A stretch of DNA of 64,000 bases, taken from sequence record OU343167.1; one strand, written 5' to 3'. The stretch's first letter is position 1, and each line of letters begins with the position of its first letter. A program made the translations under genes and the position numbers. Below the pieces are notes generated by a model. That model saw only the letters and a list, made by a program, of their open reading frames with translations. It was not told where the DNA came from and searched no databases. Of the stretch, positions 58,029 to 64,000 are shown one piece after another.

Positions 58029-59657
58029 GTGATGGACCCGTACGTAATCAGTAGGATTGATGGTGTCATACCCAAGCTAAATAAAGATTTAGCCAATGGG
58101 CTTGCAGTAAAGCACATGATGGAGATCAACCCAGAAACAGGCATGAACGCAACTCGTGCATATGTTGATAAGTTGTTTGAAATCAACTCGGCGCTATTCC
58201 CTGCTGACTTCAAGTATCATGGAAACCGTCTGTGTAAACCCGAAGTTCATTTCGAAGAGATAACCCGTGAGTATGGCTCTAAGCGTGTAGCAAATATCGC
58301 CGAGAGTAATACGTACATGATCGAGCTGATCACTAGCTATAAAGGCGAAATGATGTTCCCACGAAGGGTACTATTGCCATATGTTCGTGATGGTGGTATC
58401 TGTACGCTCAATGGTGCAACCTATTCGATCTCTCCGGTGTTGACTGATGTTGGCTTCTCGGTATTGAATGGCAGTATCTTCATTCCATTCCGGCGTGCCA
58501 AACTGACGTTTAAGCAAGTTGACCACCACTACATGTGTAATGGTCAGCGTGAAGTGATGTATGTGATCTGGTCTCAGATTCACAACGAAATGTCTAAGCG
58601 CACTAAACGTGATCTGGATAACCGGCAGCACATCGAGTCGTGTCTTGCACATTACTTCTTCTGTGAGTTTGGTGTCGTTGAAACGTTCAAGCGTTGGGCT
58701 GGAGTAGATATTCAAATTGGATATCTGAAAGACTTTCCTGAGTCTCAGTATCCGCGTGATCAATGGAACGTTTATGAATCTGCGGTTCTGAAACGTCGTC
58801 ATCCAACTGGAGATATGGTTCTGGTTCTACCCAAAGACAAGGAGACAGACTTTGTCCGTCGACTCGTTGCAGGGTTCTGGTACGTCGTAGATGCATTCCC
58901 AAGCCGGTTCTACGAGCCGAGCTACATGGATAATAAACAGCTATGGCGAATCATTCTCGGTCTGATGATCTTTGGTGACTTCGAGCACCAAGGTAAAATT
59001 GCTGAGAACATTGAATCTCACCTGGATAGCTTCAACAACTCTCTGGATGAGATGACTATTGAAGAACTTCGTTCAGTTGGAGTGAAAGTCAATACCATCT
59101 GGGAACTGCTATATGCGATCATGACAGATATGGCACACCATCTGTATGCCACTGACATTGATGAAACTAGTATGTACGACAAACGCCTGAGTATTCTTAG
59201 GTATGTGATGGCAGAGTTTAACTATGCTGTCTCCATGTTTGCGTATACGTTCCAAGGTCGTAAAGATAAAGAGTGGACTGGACAGGAAATCAACGATGCC
59301 CTGAAACGTTCATTCAAACTCAATACGTGCATTAAGAAACTTACCAGTGAACACGGTGAGCTCGACACACTGTCGTCTCCTGGTGATAGCAAGGTTATTA
59401 AAGTAACCTCGATCCTTGTACCGCAGGATCGCGCGAAGACTTCTAAAGCACACAACAAATCACTAATCGGTGATAGCTCTCGTTTAATCCACGCTTCGAT
59501 CGCGGAGGTGGGCCAATACAAAAACCAACCGAAAAACAACCCGGATGGTCGTGGCCGACTAAACCTCTTCGTCGGAGTTAGATACGACGGATTGGTTGAA
59601 CGACGTGAAGAAGATCGTGAACTTATTGACAAAGCTCAACAACGTTTTGTCTCTTAA
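58029..59657 (+). CDS. non-virion RNA polymerase beta N-terminal subunit (phiKZ gp123-like)
   Basis: 542 aa; LPYVRDGGICTLNGATYSISPVL beta-type motif; C-terminal PDGRGRLN fork-loop-like segment; synteny. Confidence 0.82.
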   Translation: MMDPYVISRIDGVIPKLNKDLANGLAVKHMMEINPETGMNATRAYVDKLFEINSALFPADFKYHGNRLCKPEVHFEEITREYGSKRVANIAESNTYMIELITSYKGEMMFPRRVLLPYVRDGGICTLNGATYSISPVLTDVGFSVLNGSIFIPFRRAKLTFKQVDHHYMCNGQREVMYVIWSQIHNEMSKRTKRDLDNRQHIESCLAHYFFCEFGVVETFKRWAGVDIQIGYLKDFPESQYPRDQWNVYESAVLKRRHPTGDMVLVLPKDKETDFVRRLVAGFWYVVDAFPSRFYEPSYMDNKQLWRIILGLMIFGDFEHQGKIAENIESHLDSFNNSLDEMTIEELRSVGVKVNTIWELLYAIMTDMAHHLYATDIDETSMYDKRLSILRYVMAEFNYAVSMFAYTFQGRKDKEWTGQEINDALKRSFKLNTCIKKLTSEHGELDTLSSPGDSKVIKVTSILVPQDRAKTSKAHNKSLIGDSSRLIHASIAEVGQYKNQPKNNPDGRGRLNLFVGVRYDGLVERREEDRELIDKAQQRFVS

Positions 59658-59680
59658 ACTTCTCAAATAGGAAAAGTCAG

Positions 59681-61744
59681 ATGTACAACCAACAAGCTCA
59701 ACTCCCGGTATCCTGCCAACAAGTCGATCAGAGTACCTTTAATGGTAATCTGCCTCATGGCAATGACCGGGTACCTCAACTCCAACTCAGCCAGAACCTG
59801 ATGAATAACCAACAGCTGGTGCTCATGGCTATTGGTCTGTTCCGTGGGCTTGCGCAATCGTCGGTTGGAAAAAGCAACCTTCATATTTTCGCGTACAACC
59901 TGCTGTCGTCGAACTGGTTCCAAAACCAGATCTTCCAACAATGGTGTCAGCACCTGGTGGATTTCGTTGAGTTCCTGTGTGTCTGCAAGAACTACAGTCA
60001 GACGGATGCTCCGCCGAAAGCTGCACAGCGTATGTATGAAGCGTTCCTTGGTCAATGCGTTGCATCGTATCCTGCTCTCGTGCAAATGGGTGCAGTTCCG
60101 CAACATATGTTCCAAGGTCTGCAAACTGCTCAAGCCATGTATCAGCAGATCCTCCAAGAGATTCAAGCGTACAAATCTGGTAACTATCGTCCCCAACAAC
60201 AGCAAATGGGAATGATGGGTCAACCGCAAGGTATCCAGATGGCAGGTAATTTGCCTCCCATTAACCCAGGTAACATGGGACAGTTCGCAACAACCACCCA
60301 AGCTACTTTCTCTCAACCCGCTGGTACTTATGGCGCAGCGCCAAACACGGTATCGAGCACCACCAGTTCGTATTACGATGATACTCCGGCTGCATCTGCT
60401 CCCCTGATGCCGAAGGAAGAGATCAGTACTGATATTTACGGTGGCTACTCCCATCAACAGGAGCAACAACCGATGTACAGTCAACAACCGCAAGTGCAAA
60501 ATACACCCGTTGTGGAAGATACTGATCTCCCTGTTCCGATCGACGTATCTCAGGTGATGATCGATCCGATGTATTACCAACCTACTGGTTTCCGTGTAAA
60601 CATCGCTCGTCCTTACGATGAGATTCATAACCCTGGGGGAATTCTGATTAAACCGGCACAACTGGTTGATTGGGAACGGACCGTTGGTGATGAAGATCCG
60701 TACAGTCCTCTGGTTGATCCGGAACACTATTGCCGTTTCTTCGTCAAGTTCCCCGATGGTGTAGTAAAAGAGAAATTCATTGAATGGAACCCGCAAATGG
60801 AATACCTGAAACACGAACTGAATGATGACCTGCGTCGTCGTGAATATCGTCCTAACGGTGTGGTATATGCTTCCACCACTCCCATCTCTACTATCGGTGG
60901 AGATGCAATGGGTATTGAAGAAGTAGAAAGCCTCGTCAAGGATAATGAACTCGGTGAAGCGGCGGCAATGCGTCCGATCATTCTTGATAACAAGATGTTC
61001 ATGGGTGCTAACGATCTCGAAAACGAATCTGAAGCACGTGCTGCTGTTCGGGAACTCCTGAACATTGGTGACGACGAAGAATCGCAGTCGATCACTCTGC
61101 CTGCACACGAATATAAATCGATGAGCATCTATCACATGGATGTTAGCGATGAAACCTTCGAGCAGCTGAGTAATCTGCGTAACTATACCGATCTGATCGG
61201 GATTGCTACCGAACTGAAAGAAATGGTAAATCGCGGTCAACTGAGCATCCGTTATTTCCGTTTCCTGAATGATCGTCTGACCGATTCCATCAATGACTTC
61301 ATGGCAGATAGCCTGTCGATCCAAAATATCACCATCAGTGATTTCGCACATGACATCGGTGATTTGCTGGATTACATCAGTAACAAGAAAGGTGTACAAG
61401 TACTGCAAATCATCAAAGCGTGTGCAGCTCAAATTATCGCTCGTTCGGTAACGATGGCTGAGGTTGATGATATCCGTGGTGTTGCCGATCAGTACGTTAA
61501 CTTCCAGGTAGGTTGGACTCTTGAACAGATGGCCACTCTGAACGTTCTGACCGAGAAAGCCGTCCTTGTTTCTGAAGGAACTCACCCGACTGTTCGTGAA
61601 GTGCTGAAAGGTATGATCACTCGTGCTACGGCATCTGGCCTTGCCAATGTCCGTATGCGGTTGATCACCGTTGATGGCGTTTACATGGAAGTTATTCGTG
61701 GACGTCTGACCGAGAAAGCGGTTCTGTTGAAGCGCCTGAAGTAA
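59681..61744 (+). CDS. conserved protein with Q-rich low-complexity N-terminal half (gp124-like)
   Basis: 687 aa, AGGA RBS. Confidence 0.75.
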   Translation: MYNQQAQLPVSCQQVDQSTFNGNLPHGNDRVPQLQLSQNLMNNQQLVLMAIGLFRGLAQSSVGKSNLHIFAYNLLSSNWFQNQIFQQWCQHLVDFVEFLCVCKNYSQTDAPPKAAQRMYEAFLGQCVASYPALVQMGAVPQHMFQGLQTAQAMYQQILQEIQAYKSGNYRPQQQQMGMMGQPQGIQMAGNLPPINPGNMGQFATTTQATFSQPAGTYGAAPNTVSSTTSSYYDDTPAASAPLMPKEEISTDIYGGYSHQQEQQPMYSQQPQVQNTPVVEDTDLPVPIDVSQVMIDPMYYQPTGFRVNIARPYDEIHNPGGILIKPAQLVDWERTVGDEDPYSPLVDPEHYCRFFVKFPDGVVKEKFIEWNPQMEYLKHELNDDLRRREYRPNGVVYASTTPISTIGGDAMGIEEVESLVKDNELGEAAAMRPIILDNKMFMGANDLENESEARAAVRELLNIGDDEESQSITLPAHEYKSMSIYHMDVSDETFEQLSNLRNYTDLIGIATELKEMVNRGQLSIRYFRFLNDRLTDSINDFMADSLSIQNITISDFAHDIGDLLDYISNKKGVQVLQIIKACAAQIIARSVTMAEVDDIRGVADQYVNFQVGWTLEQMATLNVLTEKAVLVSEGTHPTVREVLKGMITRATASGLANVRMRLITVDGVYMEVIRGRLTEKAVLLKRLK

Positions 61745-61775
61745 ACATAAGTGTCCCTCTTCGGAGGGACCTTTT
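61745..61775 (+). terminator. hairpin terminator
   Basis: GTCCCTC-TTCG-GAGGGAC then TTTT. Confidence 0.75.
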
Positions 61776-61789
61776 CATAGGAAAATGAG

Positions 61790-62200
61790 ATGTTATCATT
61801 TGAAAATGGAGTAGGCGTAGAATTCATTGCTTTAGATCGACTTCCAAAATACATGCATGTGAATTATGAAGTCAGTAAGTTTAGCAATGATATTCGTTCC
61901 GGCGTGATCGCTTGTGAGTTTGGTCATCCTAAGATGACAGGTAACATTGAAACAGACTACAAACGAGCAACATCCATCAACTGCAATAATGGTGCAGCTT
62001 TAGTACTCGGTATCGACCCTGTACATGAGAAAGCTAAACTCATTGGCTTCAACGTATACATCCGTCCATTCGGGCCCAATCATGATCGGATGCATGCGAT
62101 GATCAAGAACGATATTCCAATGCGACTTGGTGTACGCGGCCTCAAGAATGCGGCTGGTGTATTGAAAGAAATTATCACATTCGACATATTGTCAGATTGA
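61790..62200 (+). CDS. prohead-protease-fold protein (gp175/T4 gp21-like), probably inactive
   Basis: CEFGHPK, IRPFGP, LGVRG, LKEIITFD match G(E)YGHP, VKPSGP, FSIRS, EIVTWD. Confidence 0.6.
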   Translation: MLSFENGVGVEFIALDRLPKYMHVNYEVSKFSNDIRSGVIACEFGHPKMTGNIETDYKRATSINCNNGAALVLGIDPVHEKAKLIGFNVYIRPFGPNHDRMHAMIKNDIPMRLGVRGLKNAAGVLKEIITFDILSD

Positions 62201-62249
62201 TAACTAGCCCCTCTAATGAGGGGCTATATGTCCCTCTAGGAGCAGAGTA

Positions 62250-62789
62250 ATGAAATTCGAAAAACTACCGAATGCTAAATATCGGGTAACCGTTTCCTTC
62301 GATGAAATGCGCCAACGTATGGTCGCTGGTATTCGCCGGGATCTTGCCGTACTCGGTGAAGAACGAGTAGAAGCAATCGTTGAAAATGCATTTGGTTTGA
62401 GTCAACTTCACCTGTGGGAGAATTCTTCTTTTGTTAAGAAGAATGAACTCCTGTTGACAGGAATCGAATTAGGTCATCCCCAAGTAAAAGTATCTTCACT
62501 TGAGAATATTATTCTTCGTTCTCTAGTAGTAGATGCAAATCGTGTATGTGCTACTATTGATAGTTGGTCCATTCAATATAGTAACACCATCAATACACCA
62601 CATGTATTGATTTTGGATGTTACCGCAGCAGGTCCCTTGGCCCGTGATCTGAATGCCCTTTATAATCTGCTTCCTCTTACAGTTGGGTTTAGATATCAAC
62701 TGAATGACAATGAGCAGGTGGTTGATATTGTAGGTATCGATATCCTCTATGAAGATGATTTCGATAATCCTGTATTTAAAGATAAATAA
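62250..62789 (+). CDS. second prohead-protease-fold paralogue, probably inactive
   Basis: GIELGHP, ANRVCATI, AAGPL, VGFRY, DIVGID. Confidence 0.55.
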   Translation: MKFEKLPNAKYRVTVSFDEMRQRMVAGIRRDLAVLGEERVEAIVENAFGLSQLHLWENSSFVKKNELLLTGIELGHPQVKVSSLENIILRSLVVDANRVCATIDSWSIQYSNTINTPHVLILDVTAAGPLARDLNALYNLLPLTVGFRYQLNDNEQVVDIVGIDILYEDDFDNPVFKDK

Positions 62790-62793
62790 CGCC

Positions 62794-62809
62794 TATATCA
62801 CAGAGGTGA
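62794..62809 (+). promoter_or_regulatory. variant early promoter TATATCAC..GGTGA
   Basis: One mismatch to core with downstream GTGA as in the other copies. Confidence 0.4.
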
Positions 62810-62842
62810 TATAAATACACTCTATCAAAAGGAAATTGCAAA

Positions 62843-63547
62843 ATGAATCAGGTTTTCAACGCTGTAAAATCCATGTTCATTCCGTCTCATCGTGAAGTGT
62901 TCGGTAAGGCAATTCGTGATGTAGAACATGATATGGATTTCTTTGAAACCATAATGGACGCTAGCAGTTATAGTCCAACTGAACTCCCTAAAGGCAAAGG
63001 AGAGAGTATGTCTATTGATGTCCTTACTGTCGATGATCTTCCTTTGCGGGGTGATCCTGAGGCAACTTACAAAGTAACTTCTACTTTGGATTTGTATCGT
63101 TGGGTTAATGGGGAATATGTTGTACATAACCCTTACCTCGATCCAGTCGTGCAAAGTTTTGGTGAAAGAGCAGTGATTGTTGATCCAACCGCAACTCTGC
63201 CACATCTGACCGAGGAACATCTCCGTAAAGGTGGTGACATCAGACTGGCCATGGTTTATAATGTTCGGGCTCTGCGTGAAGATCTCCGTCGCATGGAACT
63301 TCTGAACATTTCCATGGAGTCGCTGCTACCGCGTAATCTCCGTGTTAAAGACCTTGACGTACCAGGTATGTTCCTTTCCACTAACCACACCATCTTGACT
63401 CGTCAACTGAAGTCCATCATGCGTGGTAAAGGTAACTATGATAAATATGTCGTAGAAGGCCTGGCTCGCATGGGTGTTGATGTATGGTACGATGAAGCTA
63501 AACGTAAAGTTGGCTTTAAAGATGGCACTTTCGTGGCGCTGGTGTAA
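62843..63547 (+). CDS. hypothetical protein
   Basis: 234 aa, AAGGA RBS. Confidence 0.75.
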   Translation: MNQVFNAVKSMFIPSHREVFGKAIRDVEHDMDFFETIMDASSYSPTELPKGKGESMSIDVLTVDDLPLRGDPEATYKVTSTLDLYRWVNGEYVVHNPYLDPVVQSFGERAVIVDPTATLPHLTEEHLRKGGDIRLAMVYNVRALREDLRRMELLNISMESLLPRNLRVKDLDVPGMFLSTNHTILTRQLKSIMRGKGNYDKYVVEGLARMGVDVWYDEAKRKVGFKDGTFVALV

Positions 63548-63820
63548 ATGTCTGTCTTCGGTTATGTATTGACGTGGACTCAGGAATTTCACATGTGGTT
63601 CCTGATAGCTGTTCTCGCTGCTTTCTTTGCTCTTTATCTAAATCATCGGTTTAGGTATCTCATCTACGTGCCATTTGAAAAGATTGGCAAACGTGATTTC
63701 ATTAAGATGTCCCTTACTTCAATTACAATGCTGTTGTGTATTGTCGTTGTATTTGGGGCTACTCTACGAATGATCGAGATGAAAGAGATCGATAGAGTAT
63801 GGTCGATTGAACAGCGATGA
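63548..63820 (+). CDS. small 2-TM membrane protein
   Basis: 90 aa, TAAATG-coupled. Confidence 0.7.
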   Translation: MSVFGYVLTWTQEFHMWFLIAVLAAFFALYLNHRFRYLIYVPFEKIGKRDFIKMSLTSITMLLCIVVVFGATLRMIEMKEIDRVWSIEQR

Positions 63821-63825
63821 GTAAC

Positions 63826-63880
63826 AACATAAAGCCCTCTCCTTCGGGAGAGGGCGATATGCTTTATTTTTTTTTTATTT
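63826..63880. terminator. hairpin terminator with T tract
   Basis: ACATAAAGCCCTCTCC-TTCG-GGAGAGGGCGATATGC + poly-T. Confidence 0.85.
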
Positions 63881-64000
63881 CTCGAAACTTAATTCAACTT
63901 GTGAAGTTGGAATGTAGGCTAGAGAACGAGTAGTGGGTTTTAAAATAACCGTATTACCAGTTAGAGGACCATCTAGGAATTCATCAGTATCGACGGGTAC

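Noticed and set aside
59663-61585. 640-aa antisense ORF
   Set aside because: Exactly mirrors the gp124-like gene; composition typical of reverse-frame shadows
1248-63870. CRISPR or mini-CRISPR array from repeated CATAAAGCCC motifs
   Set aside because: Copies are dispersed single hairpins at gene ends, not regularly spaced direct repeats
1-64000. Stop-codon reassignment
   Set aside because: Genes read to full length in the standard code and many end in coupled TGA overlaps; the capsid UGA case is isolated

Overview
A 64-kb piece of a phiKZ-like (Chimalliviridae-type) jumbo myophage genome, probably Pseudomonas-infecting (inferred from synteny with phiKZ gp76-gp125; gp numbers below come from remembered gene order, not a search). 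Left to right: a small early membrane-protein cluster; a tail/baseplate assembly-chaperone pair; virion RNA polymerase beta'-C; the exonuclease/motif-A half of a split family-B DNA polymerase; baseplate and inner-body/ejection head proteins with S/A/G-x-E maturation sites; a long early region of small, mostly single-pass membrane proteins; DnaB helicase; major capsid protein; a non-virion RNAP beta subunit; and two short prohead-protease-like ORFs. Best leads: (1) a G/GT-type -1 frameshift joining the 533-aa chaperone to the downstream ORF; (2) an in-frame 27-codon repeat-like extension behind the capsid UGA, suggesting readthrough; (3) two tandem protease paralogues lacking the catalytic Ser; (4) candidate anti-defence genes (Acb4-like, NADAR-like coupled to the polymerase, DarG-like macrodomain). 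42576-43329 is an assembly artefact (Illumina TruSeq adapter plus a 257-bp duplication). No tRNA, rRNA, CRISPR array, intron or intein was recognised.
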